This document shows positions 12,350 to 23,740 of a stretch of DNA of 64,000 nucleotides, piece by piece. The stretch covers positions 588,274-652,273 of the forward strand of contig NW_015164664.1 of assembly GCF_001447785.1 (NCBI RefSeq), read 5' to 3'. A program made the translations under genes and the position numbers. The stretch comes from Gekko japonicus. Taxonomy: Eukaryota. Position 1 is the stretch's first letter. Each line of letters begins with the position of its first letter. Under the pieces are notes generated by a model. It saw only the letters and a list, made by a program, of their open reading frames with translations. It was not told the origin of the DNA and ran no database searches.

Positions 12350-12890
12350 AATTTATTTTGTTTGATTTCTAGACTGCCGTCCCCTAGACAGAGGGCTCAG
12401 AAAGGTGAACAGCATTCCAATATATTTAACAAGTACATTTTAATAAATTCATTTACAATCAGTTGAAACAGTTAAAAACAATAACAGATCCAAGATGGCA
12501 CTTCAAGTCCTAGTTTATGTCCTAACCCTGTGGAGGGAGAGAAAGATGGGGGAGGCCAGGCTTAGTGGGAAAACGTTGCTGTCCTCAGTCATAGGCCTGG
12601 CGGAACATCTGTCTTACAGGCCCTGTGGAACTGCACTAGATCCTGCAGGGCATGGATGGATGTCATTAGGGAGGGAGTTCCACCAGGCCGGTGCCAGGGC
12701 TGAAAAGGCCAGGGACCACCGGGAAGTTCTTCTCTCCGGCGTGTAATGCTCTTCTGGGGGTATACCAGGAGAGGCAGTCCCGTAGATATGTTGGTCCCAG
12801 ACTGTTTAGGACCTTAAAGTTAATACCAACACCTTGAAACTGATCCGGTATTCAGCCTGGAGCCAGCACAGGTGGCAAAGCACCAGTCCA
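12350..12890 (-). mobile_element. L2-clade LINE 3' fragment
   Basis: Translation AHIGLVLCHLCWLQAEYRISFKVLVLT resembles the L2 ORF2 end (HITPVL..LHWLP...RI.FKVL); AT-rich tail at about 12350. Confidence 0.65.
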
Positions 12891-12907
12891 ATGTGCGCTG
12901 TCAGTGA

Positions 12908-13526
12908 AGTAAGGCAACGGAGAAAGAAATACAAAGAACTTGTGCTCTTCCTCTGAACAAATTCAATTGGATACAAATGGCTATTTCCAGAAGGAGTAGC
13001 ATTTAAGATCAAAGAGAAGAAGGTTAAGATTGACTCTGTTCTTAAAGCTCAAGAATTTCTAAAGGAGCAGCTGGGAAGGTCAGGAGAGAAAGAAGAAGAC
13101 GACAGCAGGTCCAGCGACGAGCTGGAAACTGGTTCATCTGGCGAGGACTCTTTGTCTGAGCAGGGGGCAGCAGCCACGAAAAGTCCCTACAAACTGCAGA
13201 AAAGAGAGAAGAAGAAGTAAAGGCTGAAGGACTCTGAATTGTGCCTTTGAGAACTTTGGTTCCAGGGGATGATGGGGGGCACTGTTATTGGGCAATTAAA
13301 TGTAAATGGGGAGGGTTAAAAGTTCTAAAAGATTGACACAGTTCATAAGAAGTACAAAGATGATAAGTTTGGATGCTAAAAAAAAGCTAGTTAGAGGATC
13401 TCCTCTCTTGGTTTTTTAGTCAGTAGTGGGTTCTTTACTTTCTCCCTTATATGTAGTTTTCCCCTCCCCCTTTTCTGTTGTAGTTTTTTGTAGTGTTAAA
13501 AAAAATCAATAAAAAAATCCCCCAAA
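12908..13526 (+). mobile_element. 5'-truncated L1-derived element ending after ORF1 (HAL1-like)
   Basis: Frame 12906-13220 encodes an L1 ORF1p C-terminal-like peptide, then a 3'UTR, AATAAA at 13508 and an A-rich tail; 18-bp TSD aatgtgcgctgtcagtga. Confidence 0.65.
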
Positions 13527-13541
13527 AATGTGCGCTGTCAG

Positions 13542-13930
13542 TAGGGTTGCCAGTCCCCAGCTGTGGGAGGGGATCCCTTAGTTTTGTGGGCTCCTGCACG
13601 CTGCTGGCCAGCAGGAGGAAATCCCCACCCCACAGCAACGTGGAGCAACGTGCTTACGTCACTCGGAAGTGATATAGGCATGTTTGTGATGTGTGTGGGG
13701 GGTGACGCTCTGGTTTTTGGGCAGAACTCTACGGTTTGAGGGCAATTTTGCCATAGAATTTTGCCCAAAAACCAGAGTGTCGCCCCTAACATGCCTACAT
13801 CACTTCCAGGTGACATAAGCATGGCATGCAATGTCACTTTTGGTGGTACCAGCATGTCGGGGGCGACACTTCCGGCTCCCAGAACCCCACCACCACCCTG
13901 CTAGCATTTCAAAGGGACCTGGCAACCCTA
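13542..13930. mobile_element. hAT MITE (TAGGGTTGCC...GGCAACCCTA)
   Basis: Perfect 10-bp TIRs; 8-bp TSD gctgtcag / gctgccag. Confidence 0.85.
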
Positions 13931-14017
13931 GCTGCCAGTGAGGTGACCTGGAACTGGTGACAGAGCTGTGAGGTTGTGGGTGGCATCCGCTCATTCGGGA
14001 AGGTGACCATACACACA

Positions 14018-14220
14018 AAGCTGCCTTATGCTGAATCAGACCCTTGGTCCATCTAAGTCAGAGTTGTCTATTCAGACTGGCAGCAGCTCCTCAGGGTCTC
14101 AGGTAGAGGTCCTTCATATCACCTATGGCCAGATCCTTTCACTGGAAATGTCAGGGACTGATCCTGGGACCTTCTGTATGCCAAGTAGATGGTCTACCAC
14201 TGAGCCACAGCTCCTCCCTG
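14018..14220 (-). mobile_element. tRNA-derived SINE with CR1-like tail (further copies about 24853-25050, 31660-31830, 35715-35885, 47820-47995, 60695-60830)
   Basis: Reverse-strand head ggctcagtggtaga..ggtcccagg.tca.tccc (A/B boxes) and tail ggaccaagggtctgattcagcataaggcagctt. Confidence 0.7.
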
Positions 14221-14339
14221 GGAATACAAACAAATACTGAAGAGCTCAGAAATGATCTCTCGAAAGTACCCTATCTGAAAAAGGCTGTTGTAGTGCTCAA
14301 AAAGGTGGAGGAAAGGAAACCCAAATGAACAGGAAATGT

Positions 14340-15230
14340 AAAGTGATAACACTGTGGTGGGGGAAAAAATCCAATATCACGTATTCCGTGCTGGAGTCTG
14401 AACTGGCTGTGACTAACCAGGAAAGAGATCTTGGGGTGGTGGCCTTAACAGTAGTGACTCAGTGTGTAGCAGTGGTGTAAAAGGTAAATTCCATGCTATG
14501 GCCAGTATTATAATGCTGGAAGACCAGGTTTCAAGAATATGACCCATAAAATTGGGTTTTTCCTTCCCCTCATTTTTTGGTGACATCTGCCCTGAAGAGT
14601 TATGTTGAGCTCAAAAGCTTGCACACTGGTAGGTATCACTGGATTACTCCTAATAAAGATATTGCATGGATTACTTTCTTGGTTTCTACTTCTGACACAT
14701 CTGTAAGCAGTCCTTCATTATTACAATGCCTTTATATGGTGTCTCTGCATTTGGATTATAGCATACTGTTCTAGTTACCCCATCTTTACAAGCACATCAT
14801 AGTGCTGGCTGATGCTCCTTCCCTACAAGGAAAGGCTAAAATGTTTTTGAGTTTTTCAGTTTAGCTAAAAAGATGACAAGGGTAGGGGGACATGATAGAG
14901 TTCTCTAAAATTATGTGTGGGGTAGAGGAAGCAGACAGTTTATTTTCTATTCCATAATATTGGGATTGTAGTCATGCAGTGAAGACTCAGGACAGTGTCA
15001 CATAATGGACATTTTTGAAATTCATTGCCAGAAGATGGGGTGATAGACATGGTCTTAGAGGGGGATTAGGCTATCAGTGGCTATTAGCCATGATAACTAA
15101 ATAAGACTTGCTTATTCAGGAGCAGTGTACTTCTGAACACCAGCTATTGGAGGGGGTAACAACAAGGAAGGCTGCCAGAGATGGGCTGCTGGGCCAGACG
15201 ATCCGCTCTGATGTTGCAGGGCTCTTTTGA
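14340..15230 (+). mobile_element. Degenerate CR1 LINE 3' fragment interrupted by a Penelope pLTR remnant (about 14585-14690)
   Basis: gaaagagatcttggggtg (EKDLGV), ggggacatgatagag (GDMIE) and a CR1 tail ending gggctcttttgatgtt; insert cctgaagag..gctcaaaagcttgcac..cctaataaagatatt. Confidence 0.55.
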
Positions 15231-16039
15231 TGTTAAGAGTAAGTTTTAGAATGGGCATGATCTCAGCTTTCTTTTGAGGCAGGTGTAAGGCTGCAAAGGT
15301 AGGTATGAAGGGCTGCAACCCATACCTGAGGAAACTAGAGTCACTTCACACAAAGAATTCATGTTGCAAAATCCGTCTTTTCAGCTTATTGGATTCTGAC
15401 GTGCACTCTCTTCTTGAGTGTGCCTTGCCCTGATTTGGAGATTTCAAACAGGTGTTAGCCCCCCCCCGGTTTCCAGCCTTGCCAGCTTGTTCCTTTTGGC
15501 ACATTCAGCTGGACTTGTAGCCTGCAGTGAGTTTGTCTCAGCCACTTGGCGGCAGGTCCTGCAAGGCCGCTTTGCGCTGCTGGGTGTTTTGATTGAGCTA
15601 CACTTTCTCCCAGTGCCTTGGTGAGTACAGGGTGAGCTGTGCCAAAGCGATAACTGGGCTGGCACCCACCCCAGCTCGCCCTACCCTTTCTCTGAAGGGC
15701 GGAGGAAGCACGTCAAGGAACCACTGAAATCTTTTGTCTCCTGCGAAACTGGAGTCACTAGATGGAGGGAGGGTGCTATGTACAATTCCAAGAGGACAGG
15801 CTTGCTGATGTTGCCTGCAAGGCATGTCCAAGACCTTGCGCACTTCCACCCATCAAAGGGATTGGGGAGTCTGTGCAATCCCCGGGGAACCCTTTTTTGC
15901 AAGAATCTTTTCCCTAGGAAGAGGATACAATTTTTCACACTGCTCCTCCCCAGAACTGTCCCAACTCTGCCTTCTCAGAGCTGTCCTCCAGGTCCCTTCA
16001 GAACCTTTACCGATTATCTCAGAGCAGGAGGAGGCAGAT

Positions 16040-16620
16040 TTATTTTATTTATTTATTTATTCGATTTCTGTCCCGCCCTCCCAGTGAGCGGGCTCAGGGC
16101 AGGTTACGAAGTCGCATAAAGATTGAGACTAAAATAACAATAAATAGACATTTAACAATAAAATCCACACTAAAGTCAGCCATGTGGCAAACCAGAGCAA
16201 GCTTGCCTTGATAACAAAGCTCAGAGGGAAGGCGTTTCAGAGTGGTGCAGCTGGATAGCCTGCTATATTAAGAAAGTCAGCAGGGGAGGCCGAGATAGAT
16301 TTGGATGTCCGATGCTTCAACCGAAAGCCTGATGGAACAGCCCCATTTTACAGGCCCTGAGGAATTGTAACAGATCCCGCAGGGCCCTGACCTCAAGCGG
16401 GAGCTTGTTCCAACAGGCAGGGGCCAGGGCTGAAAAAGCTCTGGCCCTGGTTGAGGCCAATTGGACATCCTTCAGGCCAGGGACAGCTAAAAGATGTCGA
16501 TCGCTGGAGTGTAAGATTCTTTCTGTGGGGCACATATGAAAAGAAGCAGTCCTGAAGATCTGTGGGTTCCTGGCTGCATAGGGCTTTGAAAGTTAGCACC
16601 AAAACTTTGAACTGGACCCA
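16040..16620 (-). mobile_element. L2-clade LINE 3' fragment
   Basis: Translation RARAFSALAPACWNKLPLEVRAL..L..F.RACK..LF.QAF is the L2 ORF2 C-terminus; (TAAA)n tail. Confidence 0.75.
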
Positions 16621-16722
16621 GCAGGGCTTTTTTTTGTAGAAAAAGCCCAGCAGGAACTAATTAGCATAACAGGCCACACCCAACAGCAGACACTCATTAG
16701 CATAGTAGGCCACACCCCTGAC

Positions 16723-16880
16723 NNNNNNNNNNNNNNNNNNNNNNNNNNNNNNNNNNNNNNNNNNNNNNNNNNNNNNNNNNNNNNNNNNNNNNNNNNNNNN
16801 NNNNNNNNNNNNNNNNNNNNNNNNNNNNNNNNNNNNNNNNNNNNNNNNNNNNNNNNNNNNNNNNNNNNNNNNNNNNNNNN
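16723..16880. other. Assembly gap (158 N)
   Basis: Run of N, flanked by a MITE and a SINE half. Confidence 1.
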
Positions 16881-17899
16881 CATAATTCTGTCAGAGCTGT
16901 TCTCTCAAGGGCAGTTCTGGAAAGAGCTCTCTCAGCCCCACCCTACCTCACAGGGTGTCTGTTGTGGGGAGGGGAAGGGAAAGGAAGATTGTAAGCCGCC
17001 CTGAGACTCCGAGTGAAGGGCGGGGGATAAATCCAATCTCCTCTTCACCCTCACCGATGGCACCGACGGTGTCTCGTCAAGGATTGGGAGTTGGATTCCT
17101 GATCCCAGGTTCCCAAGGCCTATGGGTCACGGTGAGAGCAGCAGGTGCTTCCAGAGTCTCCGTTCTTTGGACAAAGCAGGCCCCTTGGGAATGGTCTAGA
17201 TGAGAGCCGTGACTGGTTGGGGTCTTTAAATGAGAAAAGCATACACAGCTGACTGGAAACCACTCTCTGAGCAGGCCTTCTGCTTCCAGTCCTGTATGTG
17301 TGACTGGAAGCAAAGGGGCAAGCACTCTGCACAGGCTCAGGAGGCATTCCCCAGTCATATTCTGAATGCGTTCTTGAAGAATCCTTTGATTTCAGAGCTA
17401 AGCCCTGATGCTGCAGAAGGGTGGCTGGCCAACTGAAGCCTGGCGTTCGTTTTGGCCATCCTTTGTACTGGGTTCCAGCTGCTGGGCCCACTAACTGGGA
17501 GCCCTGGGAAGGCCTCAGCCAGAGTGTGAAGTTGTAGTGTGACAGTTGGGGGTAGTGGCTGCTTCACGGGTGGGCCATGCCCTGATTGTGTGCTTGGGAG
17601 GGAGGTGGTGCACAGCCAATGCTGCAGTGGCGTCTGTGGGACTTGTGATCTTTGGGCTGCTTCACAGCTGTTTGTGTCACTCTGCTGACGGGACCTTGGA
17701 ATAGGACGTCCGAGCACACGAGTTAATGTTTAGAGATAGCGAGGTGTTGACTTTTGGCAAGAGGCTTTGGAGACTTCACACTGGCAGCGCAGGGCAGGCT
17801 CTTGCTTCAGGGGCGATGTGTGAAATCGTGATTCGGGGCACAAGAAAGAGTTGGGGCTGGCACTCCCCAGAGCGGACAGGGCACACCCTGTTGCAATCG

Positions 17900-19260
17900 C
17901 AGATGACCATCAGCTGAGCATCGTGTAGGCGAAAGGCAGGGATCCAGCCGGGGGTGGGGTGGGAAGCATCGACGGCTGGGGACGGACAATTCGCCTGGAG
18001 GCTGCCCTCTGCCTCCACCAACAGCCTGCCTGGACTGAGCTGCCAGTGCTTCACCCACACCCAGGTGCTTATACGTCTCTGAAGTGTTTGTATAAGGGCA
18101 AGAGGCTGCGAAGAGGCGGGGAGGGGGGAGCAAATCAGGCTCTCCTCTCCTCGGATCGAAGAAACGGGGAGGGATCAGTCCAGGTATAAAGGTCTCTGCC
18201 TCGCTGGCTACGTCTTCTAAAAGAGGAGGGTGATCTGGTGGCGGACAGTATCGGCTTCTGCTACAGGTGAGCGTGCCGGGACAGGAGTCGCTCAGCCGGG
18301 CTCGACTGGGATTCTGCTGCCGGGGGACGTGGCGAGTATCAACCGCTAAAGGCATTATTGGGGGGCGGGGCGGAGAGCGGTGCTTCTGGCAAGTCCCAAA
18401 ATCTTCAGCTGAGCTCTGCGAAATTCCTCGCCCCCTCCCAAGCTTTGAGCAGCGAATTCGAGTGGATTGAAACGGTGCGAGGCGATACCTTTTCTTACCG
18501 AAGGACAAGTTCCAAACTGGTAGCTGAAAAGTCCATTTGGAACAGGTTTTCTGTTCGCTCCCATCGGCTCTACAAAGTTCAAAGCCAAGAGCGGATGGGC
18601 AGGGGAAGCAGTTCGCACCTACTCCAGCGGGGCGCTGTGCCGGGCCTGGGGCTTTCTACCCACATTTTGGGGAGCCGAGAATTTCCCCTTCCCCCCTTCC
18701 TTCGAAAGGGAAAAGAAATTTCAGTTGCTTGAACACCCGAGGTGGGGAAAGGGTGAGCAGGATTTCCAGCGCCAAGGTCTTTGAGGAGCTCTTATCATTA
18801 CATAAACGATTAAAACATACAGAAATCCATGGGATAGTGATTGAAATGGCAGAATCCCCTGTTCCTGCGTGTGAACGTGGCTTGCCGAGGCCGGGAACTG
18901 AGCAGCCCGGAAAGGGAACCAGGGAGCAATGTTCCCTCTAAGCTGTGGAGTCTTGTGAGCAAAAATTCTATTTTGTGAGCTACGGGCATTAAAGTTGTGA
19001 GCGAGTGACTTGGCTACTGCATAAATTAGTTTGCTCTGGAGCCCTCCTTCCTGAGCTAAGACAAAAATGTGTGAGCTGGAGGCTGAAAAACTGAGCTGGC
19101 TCACACTAACTCAGCTTAGAGGGAACACTGCCAGGGCGCGCCCCTCTTTCCCAAGAAACCAATAGGCGCTCGCTGAGGCGTCACTCAAATTAGGCCTCGA
19201 AATATGGCGCCTTTAACGGGAGTCCTTGCGGGGTGCGCTGGGGCCTTTTACTGGTAACCA
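17900..19260. promoter_or_regulatory. CpG island; candidate distal promoter with TATAAA (18185-18190) and splice donor CAG|GTGAGC (18266/18267)
   Basis: Visibly CpG-dense relative to flanks; GC boxes, TATA and a consensus donor about 7.2 kb upstream of the GJB1 coding exon. Confidence 0.5.
18927..19130. mobile_element. hAT MITE (CAATGTTCCCTCTAAG...CTTAGAGGGAACACTG)
   Basis: TIRs; TSD ccagggag / ccagggcg. Confidence 0.85.
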
Positions 19261-19563
19261 ATGGTCCCTCTAAGCTGTGGAGTCTTGTGAGCAAAAACTC
19301 TACTTTGTGAGCTACCGGCATTCAAGTTGTGAGCGAGCGATTTGGCTACTGCATCAATTAGTTTGCTCTGGAGCCATCCTTCCTGAGCTGAGACAAAAAT
19401 GGGTGAGCTGGAGGCGGTGTACAATGGTTTTGGCTCATTGTGGTGTGGTCATTCACTATCTCGGTTTGTACACCGCACCCACCAGCTGCTTCCACCTCTG
19501 TTTGCAGGACAGCTGAGCAGCTCCGTAGCTAGCTCACACTAACTCACCTTAGAGGGAACACTG
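19259..19563. mobile_element. Same hAT MITE family, carrying a 100-bp captured insert
   Basis: TIRs; perfect TSD ctggtaac (19251-19258, 19564-19571). Confidence 0.85.
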
Positions 19564-19659
19564 CTGGTAACTGCCAATCTTCTCCTCGTTGCCAGTCTTG
19601 AGCTCTGCCACCTTGCCCAGCCTTGTTGATGGCACTACTGAGCAGAGCCTATTCTCAAG

Positions 19660-19905
19660 AGCCGATGTGGTGTCGAGGTTGAGTGTGGGACTACAATCTG
19701 GGAGACCCAGGCTGGAATCCCCTCTCATGCCCTGGAAGCTTGCTGGGTGATCTAGGGCCCCTCACGCTCTCTCGGCCTAACCTACCTCTCAGGGTGGTTG
19801 TGAGGATAAAATGGAGGAGAGGAGGAGGATGTGAGCTGCTTTGGGTTCCCATTAGGGAGAAAGGTGTGGTGTGAAAATGAATTAAATGAATACATAAAAT
19901 AAGTG
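19660..19905 (+). mobile_element. tRNA-derived MIR-like SINE, old
   Basis: tggtgtcgaggtt..ggagacccaggctggaatccc head; cctaacctacctc.cagggt.gttgtgaggataaaatg core. Confidence 0.6.
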
Positions 19906-22059
19906 TTGCCCTAAGTGACTTCTCTTATGCCGTTGCTGGCTGAGTCCATTGCTGTGGTGTTTCCGCAGGGGCATGGTTCAGGTCCCCCACCACTTGCTAG
20001 TCAACGACCAGGAGCCAGTGGAGCCTTTGCTCTGCATCAGCACCCTCCTTCGCTTGGGTGACTTGGCTGGAGAACCAGCTCTGATACCAGGTTTGACGTC
20101 AGGCTGAGCCGCCCCACCCCCCGTCTTCTCCCACTAAGCAAACTTTAATATCGGGGGGGGGGGGGGGGCGGCCACGCTCATTGTGGTGTGGTCATTCACT
20201 ATCTCGGTTTGTACACCGCACCCACCAGCTGCTTCCACCTCTGTTTGCAGGACAGCTGAGCAGCTCCGTAGCTAGGGAATTTTTTGGGAGGGGGCCCCCG
20301 GCCTCGGGGGCCCGCCAGCTAATTAAATGAAAGTACAATGCAGGTGGTAGGTTGGAGCACTTTGGGGGCAGCCCAGGAGGGAAGGGGCCCAGAAGAAGCA
20401 ATAGGGGGCTGCTGGCCCCATGAGCCCTATGTTAGCTCTGGGCCAGCACCTGAGCAGAGGTCCACAGTCACCAGACCTCAAAGGGGCCATCTCTGTCCTA
20501 GCACAGACGGGCAGCCATGCATGTTTTGCACCAGATATGGAATCCATGCACTAAATGGCGGTCGGGCTGGGTGTGTGATCTGGATAAAGGCTGTGGGGAG
20601 CTGATCCTTCGTTTCCTATGCCATTTCCTAGATAGAATGGTTCCTTCCACCCAGCTGTTGTTAGGAACAATGAAGGGGGGGGGAGAGAGGTATAATACCT
20701 GGGCCAGGCTTTGTAAGAGAAATGGGGGTGTAAAATCCAGAAATCTGTCCCTGTCAGAGCAACTGACCTCTGTAGCAATAGGCAAATGTCCCCTCAGAAG
20801 ACAGGTATGGTATAATTGCTGTCTCCCCTGTACACAGCTGCTTCTTTGGCGGGGGGGGGTATTTCTACCTGGGAAACAGAACGGGATGAAGAGTTAAATG
20901 CCCATGCCACGGTCGGTCCTGACCTCAATCGCTCCCCCAGTTCCCTGTTTGCCTGAAGGAAATCACTCGTCTGTGTCTTTGTTTTCTGCACATGTTGAGT
21001 GGTCTCCTCCTTAGTTCTGGAGAGAGAGGGAGGTATGGCCAGAGAGACCAACAGGATAGGGCCTTGCGGACCTTTGCTCTCTTAAGCCCAAGGGCCTCTG
21101 GGCTGGCTGTGTTTGAACTGGCTTAATGGTTACCTTTCTGGTCAGCTTTCTGCCTGCCCTTTTTGTACTCAGGGCAAGTGGAAGATTCAGTGGTGCTTTG
21201 CGCAATTGTGTTGGGGGCCCCATCCAGATACTGGCTGTGGGAGCTGTCCTTGGCTCCCTTCCTCTGGTCTGCACCAAAAGGTTTCAGCCACGACTCACCC
21301 AGCCTCCATGTCTTTTGGTAGTTTAGAGCTGCTTGGGACAGGCTGCTCCCAATGGATGGTCCCGGCTCTTCTCCCTGTACCTTGACTGGATATGCTCAGG
21401 AGGGGGCCTTTTTGTGTCTCATAATGACTTTGCAGTTTGCTAATTTCTCCCAGTGTGAGTTTCCGTGGCCAGTACCTCCAGCCTTCTGCTCTCCTGGGCA
21501 GCTCTGTACTTGGAATTGATTCCACACGGAAGGATGGAGGGTGTGTGTGTGTGTTTACGTGGGGGGAAGGATGCACTGGAGCAGGGTCAGCCTGGACACA
21601 AAGAACTGAGGGCCCCTTTGTGCTCCGTCAGGCTTGACACCAGCTTCCGGCACTGACTCTGCTCTGGACCCCGGAAAGAGATGCAAGTCGTCGGCCTTTT
21701 GACGGAAAAACACGGTCCAGCTGCTGCCCAGCAGCGTCATGACAAGGCCGCTGGCGTACATTGAATGCTCTGACCCCCAGGCCTGTAAGCAGCCGGTCCA
21801 GTCTTAACTCTTCCTTCCCCCGGGGCTGCTGCTGTGTCTCCAAGGCACATCTAGGGCACCAGCCCAAGGCCTGGCCTGCCAAGTGCTCCAGATCCTCAGC
21901 CACCCCCAGCAACATTTGCAACATCCTCCACCATGCCATCTAGACACTCTTCCCCAAAAAGGCACAGAAGGGAGAGAGAGAGCGCTATGTGGGGTCCTCC
22001 TCACCCCTGGCGGAGCCTGGAACCAGGTGTTGGTGCAGGCTATGACAGCCTGGAATGCC

Positions 22060-22200
22060 ACACACAGACACTTTGTTTGGCAAGGGTGGGCGGAAGTCCG
22101 GGCAGTGGACCTGAATTCTAAAGCGCGTTGTTTGGGGGCCGATAAAGGCCTCATTGTATGCAAAGTAGTTTATAAAGCAGCATATGACTCCCTGGAGCTG
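22060..22200 (+). promoter_or_regulatory. GJB1: GJB1 nerve-type (P2) promoter: two dimeric SOX sites, an EGR-like site and a TATA box
   Basis: ACACA-N5-TTTGT (22062-22076), GGGTGGGCG (22084-22092), ATAAAG-gcct-CATTGT (22142-22157), TATAAA (22171-22176) followed by gcagcatatgactccc, as recalled for human GJB1 P2. Confidence 0.7.
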
Positions 22201-22290
22201 AGCAGCGGCAAAGAGCGGGCACAGTCTGCGGGGCGACATGAGCCTATAGCCTGAGGCTGCTTTGGGAACGCTCCATTCCCCCGCTGCAAG
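22200..22290 (+). other. GJB1: GJB1 non-coding first exon (1b-like); start approximate
   Basis: Lies downstream of the TATA box, ends CAAG|GTAATG at 22290/22291; matching acceptor ttttctttgcag at 25422. Confidence 0.65.
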
Positions 22291-23529
22291 GTAATGTCTG
22301 GGCTGTGGGACCTTGTCTGAACCCATTCAGACTGCCAGCCTCGGGAGCTCTTTATGGGTGGATAAGGCTTGGCGGGTGGCACCCTAAAGTGGGGGTCTCC
22401 AGTGGTGGGGTGGGGGGGACCCCTGTGAGAATCCTCTGTTTGATTGAAGTGGTGGTCTGGGGCTGAGGCAAGGTGTGTGTGTGTGACTTCTGTCTGGAGA
22501 GCTTCTAGCTTTGGGCCTCATTCTGCAGGTGCAAGGGCTGTGCTGGTTCAGCTTCCCCAGGGCTGAGGTGTCGAGACTCCCAAAAGCTGGGAATCTGTTC
22601 AGGAATAGCAATAATGGTACGTGTCTGTATGTCATGTCAGTGTTCCCTGCATCATCTCTGTGGTGGTGGAGGGATTCGGTATTATTGTCACCTTATTGCA
22701 GGGTGGGAAAGGGCTGCCAAAGGCCATTGGATGAGTTTATGGCTGGGGTGAGGCTCCTGGGCTCACAGCTCAAAATATTGCTCATTGTAGTGTAGCGACA
22801 CCAGGTGAAGAATTATGGCGCTTTGCTCAGCAGCCGGCCTCTCTTGAATGGCTGGGGTGGGTGACCGATGGCATCTCCTTCCTTTGCAACTTGCTGTGCC
22901 TCTGCCCAGAGGAGAGACCCTCCTGGCAGGGAGAATGCAAGACTGGCTCTCTCACTCCCCCAGAGTGAAGGGCCATTCAGAAGTGAGGGAGGACTGCCTC
23001 CGTCTGGTCTCTGCTGCAGCAGAGCAGGCCTGTTTCAGACTCACTGCTTCCCAGTAGACCCCCCTCCCTTGGGAGATGCTGACTTCGATGCAGGGGCTGG
23101 TCCAGGGTTTCTGAAAAGCCTCAGTCCCTGCCTTGGCCCAAGGCCTCAGCAGTCACCTCAGCGCCACTTTGCCCACGGTGGAATGCAGGGCCTCTTCCGC
23201 ACTGCACGTGCCTCTCATAGCAACAGTGGGAGGTGGTAAGAAAGGAGAGTGGGAGGTAGAGATGTCCCTGGAGCTGCATTGAAAGCTCCCCAATGAAACA
23301 GTGGCAGACTGCCAAAGGCAGCTAACTGTAGGTTTCGGAACCAGCCTTTCGGTTTACTGCCTGGTGGGTATGAATAAAGTTTGGGACAAAGAGAATGCTC
23401 AGGCCAGACCTCAACCAGACCAGACCTGAGACCTATAAGACCTCCCGCTGTATTATTTTACCCATAAAGAACAGCCATTTATTTATGTATTAAGACTTTT
23501 ATTTCCTCATGGCTCTAGGTGGCTTTTTT

Positions 23530-23740
23530 TGCTGTGAAGTCGCAGCTGACTTATGGTGAACCCATATAGAATTTTCAAGTCAAGAGAAGGTCAGAGGTGG
23601 TTTTCCATTGCCTGTCTCTGTGCTGCTGCAACCCTTGACTTCCTTCGTCGTCTCCCATACAAATACTGACCAGGGCCAACCCTGCTTAGCTTCTAAGAAC
23701 TGACAAGATTGGAATAGGCTGGGCTATCCAGGTCAGGGCA
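23530..23740 (-). mobile_element. 5S rRNA-derived SINE
   Basis: gtctcccatacaaatactgaccagggccaaccctgcttagcttc is reverse-complement 5S internal promoter. Confidence 0.75.

Noticed and set aside
16593-16883. ORF composed of X residues
   Set aside because: Artefact of the N gap
17807-18508. 233-aa minus ORF (and similar ORFs at 54.7-56.6 kb)
   Set aside because: Stop-codon scarcity in CpG islands; Pro/Arg/Gly-rich without domains
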